Origin: Enoplolaimus lenunculus
Lineage: Eukaryota
Assembly (NCBI GenBank): GCA_030248215.1
Contig: JASANG010001881.1
Span: forward strand, 558,001 to 602,303
DNA: 44,303 nt
Direction: 5' to 3'
Positions 33,172 through 44,303 of the stretch are shown here, piece by piece. Each line of letters opens with the position of its first letter. Position 1 is the stretch's first letter. Below the pieces are notes generated by a model that was given only the letters and a program-made list of their open reading frames with translations, searched no databases and had not been told where the DNA came from. The translations under genes and the position numbers were made by a program.

Positions 33172-33493
33172 GTCATCAGCAATTAATTTAATGGAACAGA
33201 CCACGTCACGGCTGCTGACCATGTATGTACAAAGGGGTTCAGGTGGTAAACTTGTGCATTTCATAAATTTTTGTACTGATTAAACAGTTAATTATTGTAA
33301 AACTTGCTTCTACAGTATCAAAGCTGCCCTCTGTCATCAGCAATTAATTTAATGGAACAGACCACGTCACGGCTGCTGGCCATGTATGTACAAAGGGGTT
33401 CAGGTGGTAAACTTGTGCATTTCATAAATTTTTGTACTGATTAAACAGTTAATTATTGTAAAACTTGCTTCTACAGTATCAAAGCTGCCCTCT
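33172..33493. repeat. Direct tandem duplication, 2 x 161 bp
   Basis: 33172-33332 and 33333-33493 are identical except CTGACC vs CTGGCC. Confidence 0.92.
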
Positions 33494-33503
33494 TTGCATT
33501 TCG

Positions 33504-33716
33504 GGCCCGGGTAAACGTCAGGGGCGGAACGTTTTTCTGTGGGACTAGAATATAGTAAGCTTAAGCTTTTGACTAGTTATTTTGCTTGGCTTAGACTTAG
33601 GCATAGGCTTAAGCTTTGGCTTAGTCTTAGGAAATGCTCATTCTTACGCTTACGTTTAGGCTTAAGCTTACGAATATACTTATAATACTGTTCCGCTCCT
33701 GTTCTTTACATTGGCC
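33504..33716 (+). mobile_element. TTAGGC-carrying MITE, subfamily A
   Basis: GGCCCGGGTAAACGTCAGGGGCGGAA ... TTCCGCTCCTGTTCTTTACATTGGCC. Exact 8-bp TSD GCATTTCG. Confidence 0.88.
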
Positions 33717-34665
33717 GCATTTCGTAACGAAATTTTTCACATGTCAAAATATAAAATTAAATATTGAAATATTTACTGTTACTCCAGCGTATTTAAAATG
33801 TTACCCAATAGACCGCAATTATGCACCCCAGTGCAATCACAGCGCGTGTTGTATTTAGGTGGTACTTATTCAGCCTACAATCCTCATTAATGTTATAAGC
33901 AGTTGTGTTCGGCAAAGTTGAAACGCAAAGGTCATCTCATTAGATCAAACTGAACATATAATTAATCGGACCAATTATTTTCCAGTATAATAACTGTTTT
34001 TCAAACTAATAATCACTTTACAATTTTAATTAAAATATTTTAAATTTGATTCTATTCAACCGAATCATCAAATGATCAGTTTGTATCGCTAACATTAATG
34101 ATCGTTGGAATTGGCAGACGGATCCACAGTGGGAGCATCCAAACGATCCTGTACGGAACAGCGACCAAAACCAAAATTATGAATTTAATACTAAAATTGC
34201 AGTTGGCTTCTCGAACGCATCGGTCGGGAGATTTTCTCATTATTCTCTATCACGCCACCCTCTCAGAAGATCAATGTGTACAAGAGTCGGTAGATGACGC
34301 GAGACTGAGGGACATTTATGCGAATCTCATATGATATTCAGCGGGATACACCAACACATGATGATAGCAGAGAAATACGAGTTTTTGAATATGATATAAA
34401 GTCCATTAGCATAGAAAATGTTACCCAATAGGCTAATAATAGGAACAAATGGTGTCCCAAGCTGCTTCGGTTATAACGTGAACCTCGCATTACACACAGT
34501 TCATCGTTGTTGCGTTTGCACTTTGCTCGCGAAGTGTTTTTCGAAACATATTTTGCAGCACAGCGTCAGAAACGCTATAGGAACAATGAAACAATATGAA
34601 AAATGCAATAACGTTCGACTCAGTTTCGCAAACGGCGTCAATTATACGGAAGCAAAGACGTCTTA

Positions 34666-34823
34666 GGAATGCAGTATACTCTTGTTGAAGTGCGGCGCCG
34701 TCCGTAACCCGTCCGGCACCGCCCGTCATCCGTACGGTATCGTACGTGAGTAATTCTACGATACTGCACCGCGATGCCCGGTGACGAACGGCGCCAGACG
34801 TCATCAAAAGTATACCGCTGCCC
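34666..34823. mobile_element. GC-rich palindromic PIF/Harbinger-like MITE
   Basis: TTA|GGAATGCAGTATACTCTTGTTGAAGT ... ACGTCATCAAAAGTATACCGCTGCCC|TTA (3-bp TTA TSD). A related element lies at 43625-43728. Confidence 0.7.
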
Positions 34824-36998
34824 TTAGGCAGTCAGGAATGAAATGTTTAAAAATTCAGGTTTGTGTGAAATGATTAAGAAAGGTTATTAGCAGCCCAAAT
34901 ATGCGAAAAACCCATTAAAATTTAGAATTAACAAGAACTGAAATTAATACAAATTGCGTCCAAATTCAAAACACAACGTTTTGGTTTTAACAAAAGAATT
35001 TTAACTCAAAATTCAGGAATTCAAAAGTTTTATTACGTAAAATAAAATTTATAATTCAAACAATTTAATAACGACAGGAACCTTAAAACCACGAAAAATC
35101 AGCTTTAACTAAACCATACGACACTCTGTATTAATTATACCAAACTATAGCCACATCCAAGCGGGTTACCGGACCAACGGGCAACCCTTTTTGTCAGTTT
35201 TGGCCAATAAGTTTCAAAACTTTATCCTAAACCCTGTCTTCAAAATATTAATTTTGCTCAATAAGCAGAGACTTGTGTTACCAAGCGAGTGTCAGATTTC
35301 CTGAATTGTGCAACTTTTCACGTAATATTTGATTTTGGAGTAAAAAATACATTTTAATTCAATTCTGTGCAAACTGAATGCAGTTGACGTACTTGGTGCA
35401 CTTAATTAATACTATATAATACTGCAATGCCCCTTAGCCTCAAGTTTGTCCTCAGTATTAAAAGTATCTTTTGTTAGAAAAATTGGCATTTTGTAATAAT
35501 TGAAAATAAAATTTTGTCTGGGAAAATTAAAATACGTGACGAAGAAATAAAAATGTAAAAAAGAATGGATAATAACGTAGGTTGAACTGTTGGTTTTAAT
35601 TTTTAATAAAATATTGAAGCATGCTACATTTGTTCCTCAATAATATTTTCACTCTTTTCGAAATATTGCTAATTTACACGACTAATTAAACCAATATTAC
35701 AAGATGAAAAGAATTAGGGATAACGATGGGTGTTTTTCGTTCTTTTTATAATTTTCTTCAAAAAATTATTACATTAATGATTGCAAAACTGCGCAGCAGC
35801 CCGCAATCAATTAGCAATGCTTGATAAATACTATTACACAACAGTTCATTTGAGTTATTTTGACATCCGACCCTGTTAATCCAAATAAAATATATTAACG
35901 ATAGGATTTCAATCGAGTTATATTTGCAGAAGCGAAAAATCTTAGGGTTACAACGCTCATACAACACAACGCTGACTGTCTCAGATAAAAATTATGCAAA
36001 TTAAGTCATTGGTTTAGGAAAAATAATTTTGGCTTTTCCAAGGTATATGGTTAGTGCTACGGTGCAGGGCAGGGAATTTCCGTTGTTGTAAGATATAAGC
36101 TCAGCCTAAACCAGGTAAGAGATGGCATTTAGCCATCATGTATAGATAACAATTATCGAAAATCGGATCATGTTGCTTTTAGAAAGATCAGACTGATGTA
36201 CATATCATATAACGGCATTTGGACTAATTTCTATGCTTTGACTTATCCTTAAGCTTTGTTTGACCTTACGATTGACTTAGGTTTAGAAACTTGCGTGACA
36301 GGTTGATGGTTCGCTTCAAAATAAACACATAGAAAATCCTATAGGAATAAGCTTAGGCTTAGACTTAGGTTTATGGTGGAAACTTAAGCTTTCCAGAATA
36401 AATGTTGAAATTTTAAGAAACACGTGGTGTTTTGAACGTCAGCTTGAAAATTTGTTTCACAGGTGAAATAGAAAATATTCGTGATCAAAACTGGTGAAAT
36501 TGATTAGTTTTCAAATGACACTAAAAATAGTTAAATGTTAAATACTGCGTTAGCGTCGTTCAAAACAGTCAAATTTAGCATAAAACGTTCAGACGCCTCA
36601 ATATTTTGACAACAGATGATTTTGACATATGTTTTTTATAGTTTAATAATTCATTTAAAAGTTTAAATTTAGTTTAAAACATTTCCCGAGGGTTCGAGAA
36701 TTGAAATTGCAGGACAAGGACCAGGGTTGCCACCAGAGGGGATAAGCGAACTCCCACGCTGTCCAAGTCTTTTGGAGATAATTCCCATACAGTAAACGGA
36801 TACGTTAGCTTAGGAAAATTGGTTTAAACACAAAGTGTATATTTCTTGGAAGCCGAAGGAACAGCTTCAACTCCGTCTTTTTCATTGCCGATTGGCGTTT
36901 GTAAACGCGTTGATTTATTAATTAAACAATAATTTAAAAAGCAATATTTTTGTTGTTTTTTTGAATTCTTGGCATCCACCAAACTAAATCTGACGCAA

Positions 36999-37254
36999 CA
37001 CTGTAAATTCCAGTGAGTTGATTTTAATTCAGAATAAGTTAAATCTCTTAGCCTGAATTAGAACTATCAGAAGTCATAATTGTGAGTTTATTCAACTCAT
37101 TGTAATTTAATTCATCAACTCCGTTGGAGTCAACTTGATTCATAGAGAGAATCAACTCAACTCCGAGTATATAAGCTAAAGTTTACTGTTGTTAACTCAG
37201 AAATAGCTAATTTTCCGTCTGAGTTGATTAATTAATTCACTGGAATATAGAGTG
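36999..37254 (+). mobile_element. CACTG-ended MITE, copy 2
   Basis: CACTGTAAATTCCAGTGA ... TCACTGGAATATAGAGTG. Colinear with 38612-38863. Confidence 0.75.
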
Positions 37255-38611
37255 TACGCGACTGGTTTGCTTAGTTCATTTGTCTGACAGCCTTCGTACC
37301 ATAAATCCTGGCTAAGACCCATCCTGTCCCCTGGGTACGTATTTCAGTTGATGGCACAATTTAATGGTGAGAAAGTTAAATGCCAGTCGCAGACGACTGT
37401 TGCAAAAGATTTAACAAATTTATTCGTTTGGGGATTTTACTAAAAATTCAATAACAGCTGTTCAAATATCATGTTCGTTAATAAACAAAATGTTAAAATA
37501 TTCAAATACATTTTAAGAAATATAAAATACGACAAACTCAAGAGTAGTAGAATAGTTGTATCAGGACGTTTAGGTTCTTATACACCAGGATAAGACATAA
37601 CCGGACCTAAGTATGATGATTAAGTGTTCGCGTAAGCTTAAAGCTAAACTCAAGTTTAAGCCTAAAGCCTGAATCTTCAATGTTGGTTAAGAGGAAGTGT
37701 ATAACATCCTATCGTTTGAGTAACAGTTCAGTATTTCAATTCAAATATTCATATGGTCTTTGCTTGTAAATAATCTCAACAAAATTTATCTTTGATCGTT
37801 CAAAATCATCCGGAGGAATTATCAACGATAAAGTTAAGCCAAACTAAAACACGTTACAAACTCGCGATGGATGCTACACACACTTGAGAATTTATCCGCA
37901 GATTACAGGTCGGATAAAGATTAGCACCAATTTTAAGTAGAAAAATTACCAGAAAAAACATTAATATAAACTTAAATTATACGAATTTTACGATAAAGTT
38001 AAGAATTTGTCAATATCAGCAGTGTGATTGTAAAATTACAGACAAAATTTTGGTCAAAATCAAAGGAAACTTTATGATTAATTGGACGCCTGTTTCCTTG
38101 AGGCTGAAATGAAAATCAACGTTTAGTTTCAACTTTATGTCAGATTAAGATATTTTGTTAAGCAAAATAATTCCTGATACTAAGACAGGATATGAAAATT
38201 CACTTTTCATGATTGAAGATTAATTCGTAGATAACCTTTGCGCAAACCTTGGAAAGTTTCAGTTCCTAAACGTTCCATAATATCATGTTTTCTAAAACGT
38301 ATTGCAACTTTTGTAAATTCAACACACAGGCTCAGATTACCTATGGGTAAGGATAAACTTTTACCTATGCTATAGCGTTGACCTTAACCCTTCGTTGCCC
38401 AGATTATTATGTGCGAGTCAGAAAATTATTTATTAGCATACAGCAGTGCAAAATCATCATCATAATGCATTTTAACACCAAAAACACAAATACACAGCAA
38501 ACAAACAAAATTATGACATTGTCCACCATAGTGGACAGTAGGCTTATAAACAGTCTAAGTTCACTTGATCCCGATATAAAAAAATTTGACGATTCACCAG
38601 CTTATATACTG

Positions 38612-38863
38612 CACTGTAAATCCGAGTGAGTTGATTTTAACTCAGAATGAGTTGAATTGCTCAGTCTGAGTTACGACTTTCACAACTCAGAATTTTGACT
38701 CAACAAAACTCACTCTGAGTTAATTATTCAACTTACCCGGAATAAACTGAACTCACAGTGAGAATCAACTCAACTCAGAGTGAGTTAATGCTTACTGTTA
38801 TTAACTCAGAAATAACTAACTGTCGAGTTGAGTTGATTTATCAATTCTTTGCGATTTACAGTG
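38612..38863 (+). mobile_element. CACTG-ended MITE, copy 3
   Basis: CACTGTAAATC ... GATTTACAGTG, with many AACTCAG/CTGAGTT sub-repeats. Confidence 0.75.
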
Positions 38864-39052
38864 TATGAAAGTGTTAAATGTGCATGGAAGGGTACAAAAG
38901 TCCGTAATTGATTTCGAGACAAAGGTTTCGACCGCGTTCAATACGAATCGTCAGTTGGTAATAGGTCTTGCAACATTTGAATCAGTGAGCGATATTGGCG
39001 AAAATGCAGTTAGTTTGTATTGCTTCTGCACTCGCGGATATATAAAATTTTT

Positions 39053-39225
39053 GGCCAATTTAAAGAACGTGGGCGGAACAGTATTATAAGCATATTCCTA
39101 AGCCTAAGCCTAAGGCTAAGCGTAAAAATGAGCATATTCCTGAGCCTACCCCTAAGCCAAGTAAAAAATTAGTCTAAAGCTTAAGCTTACTCTTTTCTAG
39201 TCACAGAAACCATTCCGCCACTGAT
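39053..39225 (-). mobile_element. TTAGGC-carrying MITE, subfamily A (one TIR truncated)
   Basis: GGCCAATTTAAAGAACGTGGGCGGAA, then GCCTAA blocks, ending TTCCGCCACTGAT. Confidence 0.75.
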
Positions 39226-40031
39226 AAGAGACAAAGTTTTTGAGAGTGGCGACTTATAAGCAAAGCGAGCCATAACCCTAGCGTAATTGGAGTAGCATAT
39301 CGTGACACAATATTTTAATCGTGATCCCTGTTGGAAACCTTGGTCTGGGTGGTTCGTCTTCGAATCCCGCAAGTGGGTGTAAATTACGTATGATACAAAC
39401 GTTGACGGTTGTAAATAATAACAAAGTTTCAAGGAATCTCAAAATGCTAATGAGGTGCATGATTGCACTCTGTTCGATTATAATTGAAACTTTAATTTGC
39501 CTGTATAAAACAATTCTGGTTATAACAATTTCTGCAAACAAAGCATCGGAGAATTTCAGGTTAAAGATTAAAATTAAAAATGAAATCGAAATCAGCAGCG
39601 GAACTGGGCACAAACATCAGAGACTTGAAAGGTTTTGGGGCAGATCAGCGGTTTAACCGGTATTTAACGCTTCGCAAGGTGCGACCTCCTGTAAAGCCAA
39701 ATAAAACAAATGCTAATGTGTCTACAGTGTAAAAGGTCATTAGATTTCCGAAAGGCTACATAATTCATTCCTGTAATTGTCGATTCCCTGATGAGGGGAG
39801 ACTAAAAAGTTTCAAAGCGGTCTATTAATCCGACGAAAAATATATTTTAGTTTTTAAATACAGTAACATTGCAATTGTTTAATTTGAAATATTAAAAATA
39901 GCACAAACGATAAATGCTGTATATTAATCGCTAAAAATAGTGTATTTTACGCTGTTCTGGAACCTTTTTTAGCGATTTCAGCCGCAAGTTGTTTAATAGC
40001 CTGCTGCGGCAGGGAAATTTATCGAACGGAC

Positions 40032-40224
40032 GGCCTATGTTACTTTTAGGGCCGTGCCGGTTTCTTGCGGTCTGTAAAAGAGTAGGATAGCATTCTAGAC
40101 AATTTTTTGTTTCAGCTTAGGCTTAGGCTTAGCCTTTGGAATACACATTTTCGACGCTTAGGCTTATGCTTAGGCTTAGAAATACGCTTAATCAACTGTT
40201 ACGGATCTAAAAGTAACATTAGCA
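40032..40224 (+). mobile_element. TTAGGC-carrying MITE, subfamily B
   Basis: GGCCTATGTTACTTTTAGGGCCGT ... ACGGATCTAAAAGTAACATTAGC. Confidence 0.78.
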
Positions 40225-42649
40225 TAACATAGAATTGTTTTAATGCTGCCGAAAAATTTGTGTTTGGCCAGAAAGGCAAAGATGTCCTGGTTAACTTAGT
40301 TGTAGGCCATCATATATGGTTTAATTTTGGCGGCATGGTTGATCAATCGTGTTACGGACAGGCAAACATGTTGTTTAGGCAAAAGAATTTATTTAGGGAA
40401 CCAGAAAGATTTTCTTAAATTATTTTAATACAGTCAATGTCTTTTGGCAATTTAGGCCAAGATGCCCTGCCCCCAGTAAATTACGTTGCTGTCTGTTAGG
40501 ATTTCATTTCGTTTACAAGGTTCATTAAATTGACCTCTGGTACAATTTTTAAATAACAAAATACAAAGGTTACTAATGTTCCAGTTTATTCTGGTTGGAA
40601 TTGAAATCGGGAACTGGCAAAATGACAGTTTTTGGTATGAATAGCACTAGACACAATACAACACATTTCAGACAACTTGAGTCAAGCCACTGAAAGTCGA
40701 TTTTTTACATTTGACAAATTTGTTCGAGTATTAATAGAGGCAAATTATAATGCAGGCCAAGGAGTCCGCAGCCTTAAGGCCCAGGTGTATTCCAAGAATG
40801 ATTATTTTGAATGCAGAAATATGTTTTTGGCTTATGTCTTTTATCAGCCGTTTTGAAATCTCCTCAACACAAATCAGCCTTGATTGGGCTCAGATCTGCC
40901 CGTGCGTCTGAAATGTTAGCCATATGATTACTGGCATTGCGCTGATTGCAGTAAAATTTTGGTTTCAAATTTGAACGAAACATTAACAGGGTAATACTGT
41001 AAATATAGATCGTTCAGTCTGTAGCTGGGTCGATGGCCCATGAACCAATCGAGATTATCTCAGCGAACAGGTTTCAGAACTTGGCTTAAACTCGATTTCA
41101 ACTCAAGTTGATATTTCAGCTGAGCTTTGTAACTTTGAATTTAGACACAAGTATTTCTCTTTTGGCGACAAAGCAGTTTTTAAGACGGGTGTGCAAGGTA
41201 TTTACGTGCCTTACGGGCAACGTTGTTACTTTTCATGAGGAGACTAAAAGTATTCAACGGGGCTGGGCCTATTCTGGCTTTTCCTCTGTGCCCCCTTCTT
41301 ATGGGATGTTCCATCGGGTTTCACAGCTCTGGTTAATTTTAGGCCTACGTCAATAGATCGATAATTAGGATCATCTTTTCAAAATTAATGAGGTCACCGT
41401 CTGTGGTTGTTGATGTTCAAAACACTTGTGAATATTTGTAAACCAATAACACTAATAATAATAATTAAGTCTAAGAAGTCCTACACAGATGTGTTTTTAA
41501 TTTCATCCGAATCGTTGAAATTTGCTAAGAATGCACACAGAAGTAAGGTGGTTTAATGCAAATAAAAGTAATAACGCCTATCACAAAGTGAAATTTAATA
41601 GAAATATTAAAAATGGTCAATTTGACAGTTGACAAACTCTCACTTCGTGGTTTATAAAAATCGGTTTTGTAGGGGTCGTTTCGATCGACTTGAGCAAAAT
41701 AGCGCTAAGCTTAATTGTAACCCTACAAGTCTGTACGTGTTCCAGTCTCCAGTAAGCAGACCGATATGAAATTGCGCTTACAGTCATGCAGGTATCTGCA
41801 TCTGTCAACACCCCTTTGGCTTATTTGCCGGCGCTTCTGAAGAAAACGCCAGATATTAATTAATTTTATAAAACATTACTGAGACCATCACAACGCTCAA
41901 CTGACAGTTAATGAAAAATTTAAAAAAATATAAATTAAACTGTATACAAACAGTTCGAATTGATCACGTTTTACTTACATCAACAACTGGCAAACTAATT
42001 TCAGTTGTAAGCAGGATAACATCGACGCTTTTGGAATCAATCTAAACTGACACATGGACGTAGCAAAGATTTTGGTTTGAGTGGGGATCCCACTATGGTT
42101 TGCGTATATCAAATTGTTCTCAGATTCAAGTTATCAATAATTCTTTTCATATTGTAAGCATGGCGCTGCGGGCCATCCATGTGAGTATCCAAATACGCTT
42201 ATGATACAGATGTAGCTTATATTTTCAGTTATCATTTCGGCGACAATATTCTTTAGCTTTGAAATTATAATATTGTTTCTGTAAAATGTAATTTCAAATT
42301 CAACATTTTATAATAATTTAATTTTGGTTGCCACCTCTGTTGATGTTCAAAACACCTGAACCTGTATGCGCGAAAGCCAGGTTCTGGATACGCTCTTGGT
42401 TAGGCCATGAGGGTCGAGCCCCCGAATCCAAATGTTTTTGTTAGGAAGAGTCACCGGTGGCAATTGTATATTTCTGAGCCAATATATTAGTCGATTTCCG
42501 GTGCTGGCCAGTACCAAATCAAATATCCGGGTCCGACAATGCAGCGCTGCGCAGCAATCGTTTTAACAGGGGGCAGACAGCATTTTATTTCTGGAAGACT
42601 AACCCTTTCACTCGTAGAGTATACCATGAGCAACTAAATAGAAATGATA

Positions 42650-43058
42650 CTGTAGTTAGTCGAATAAGAGGGGTCGGGAATAAGAGGGGGTTGTCTCCAT
42701 TTTGAGATTCAATAAATAGGAGCCTGTATACCTAATAGAGTTCTTACGCGCATAGAGTCCCTAAACCCCAATTATAGTCCATAAATGTCGATTCCCCTAA
42801 AAGTTTCGCATAAATGACTCCAGGACCAAATAAACTTGAGTTCGAAACATTAAAGCGTTTTTATGTTTTGAAAGTACATTGCTAAGTATAACCTTGCATT
42901 ATCGCTCAAGCTATTGACACAACACAAATAAATGTCTAATTCAACGGATAGTTGCAGTACCGGATATATCAGTAACGAAAGGTAGCAGAGGGCGGGTTGA
43001 AAATAAATAGCAGTCCGTATCCGAATAACAGGGCGGGGAGTCTTCTGAAGAGGCCACC
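42650..43058. mobile_element. Tc1/mariner/pogo-type MITE, inverted copy of 5006-5378, with one end lost and an insertion of about 70 bp
   Basis: Starts TA|CTGTAGTTAGTCGAATAAGAGGGG. Shares blocks such as CATAAATGACTCCAG and TTGCAGTACCG with the reverse complement of 5006-5378. Confidence 0.7.
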
Positions 43059-43624
43059 ATTTCATACAAAAACGTGTTAAATGTCATTTCGAGTGGGCAT
43101 AAATATTTCAGGAACGGATATCTGAGGCATGCGGGGAATTTTAAACTTGTCACGTGACATTACAGTCATTAATTGCCTACCAAACCGAAGATTCTTTACC
43201 TGATTTGATATCCCCTCCTTTGCGAGCTTAGTTGATGTCCCTCCTGTATGACAACCCTGGAAAAATCATTCTTCATCCCTGCGATATATTCTCGTTATCC
43301 ACTGATCTGTGTAAGCTCGTGTTTACTGATGCATTCGGGCAAAACCAGTATCAAATAAATCAAACCACTGAATTTAAGATAAATTTTTCAATTTGTCAGC
43401 AAAGTTTGCTGTCAAAATAGCAAAAACAGCCAAAGCGCACAAGTGAGAATACAGTAATTACAGTAGAATCAAAATGGTTGGTTTTTTCCAAATTGAAAAA
43501 GATTAAAAAGAGTATAAAAATAAGAAAATGTTTCATATTTCTTTAAATTATAAATCACCATTAACCAGGTATTTAATGATCTTTCGAATTCAAATATTCA
43601 AAAAGACTTTTATTTGGAGATTAA

Positions 43625-43728
43625 GGGTGGCGCTACTTTTTTTGATGACGTGGTGCCATCGTTATTGTTGGTGCCGCACGGCGCAGAACGGTGCTGGACG
43701 GTGTCGTATGACAAGTATAGCTTTACCC
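43625..43728. mobile_element. Short Harbinger-like MITE abutting the next element
   Basis: TTAA|GGGT ... ACCC|TTAA. Shares TACTTT..TGATGACGT with 34666-34823. Confidence 0.5.
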
Positions 43729-43732
43729 TTAA

Positions 43733-44131
43733 GCCGATTCACACGTGTAAACATTTTGCTGCGATAACCTACAGCTGCAATTCGTACTCATAACTTGCAT
43801 TTTTCATTAGCCAATGAAAGCGCGGCTGTAATAAATTCAGTAAAGTTGCATGGTTATTCACACATTTTTGAACTAGATTCCTAAATGATGATGTTTAATG
43901 AATCATTTGCAGTTGCAAGTTTTTCGAACGGGATTTCCGATAAAACTTGCAAGTTCCAGTTTTAACTGCAAGCTTTCTCGCAGCAAAAACTTGCACGTAT
44001 AAACATGGCTTAACCTTTTTACATAAGTTTTTCGAACGTAATTTCCGACAAAACTTGCAAGTTCCAGTTTCAATTGCAAGTCTCGCAGCAAAAACTTGCA
44101 CGTATAAACATGGCTTAACCTTTTTACATAA
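43733..44131. mobile_element. Second copy of the 18992-19256 MITE, with its right end plus flank tandemly duplicated (about 105 bp)
   Basis: Starts GCCGATTCACACGTG. The end CTTGCACGTATAAACATGGCTTAACCTTTTTACATAA occurs twice (about 43990-44026 and 44095-44131). Confidence 0.75.
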
Positions 44132-44303
44132 AGTACAAACAGCGTCCCATTTGTTCCGGCTGCATCTGAATAACATTGTCACCTGAAATAATGTCTGAAA
44201 AGCTTAATTCAAAGTAAATAACAGTTTGTTTACAAACAACTAAAAATCTTCAAACCAATAATAATAATGAGTCACATAATTGGCGTTTGTACACAGTCGT
44301 GTG

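Noticed and set aside
39187..39656. Overlapping ORFs of 81-111 aa on both strands
   Set aside because: No motifs, and no transposase or reverse-transcriptase signature that I can recognise.

Overview
AT-rich, intron-containing animal genomic DNA. Abundant TTAGGC repeats suggest a nematode, but this is inference. Three protein-coding genes can be built by hand from GT-AG splice sites with consistent phases. (1) Plus strand, 2560-13454, 4 exons: a signal peptide and a sarcalumenin-like (EHD/dynamin-type P-loop) core, fused to a roughly 2,200-aa charged C-terminal extension. The extension has dispersed K-Y-R-x-K-R-D-D-L-P modules and 16-17 tandem 44-aa repeats, and one missing base at 10815/10816 splits the ORF. 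(2) Minus strand, 25069-18108, 9 small exons, only partly visible in the ORF track: a roughly 420-aa secreted protein with 18 Cys and no family I recognise, ending in RRKR plus a 15-aa peptide. (3) Minus strand, 32800-28670, 2 exons: a roughly 1,158-aa class A peptide GPCR of the somatostatin/allatostatin-C/opioid type with very long loops and a polyQ tail. Introns and intergenic DNA are packed with non-autonomous DNA transposons. The main family (at least 13 copies) has GGCC-ended TIRs, 8-bp TSDs and internal TTAGGC blocks, and one copy carries a 42-bp telomere-repeat minisatellite. No transposase, intact tRNA, rRNA or CRISPR array was found.
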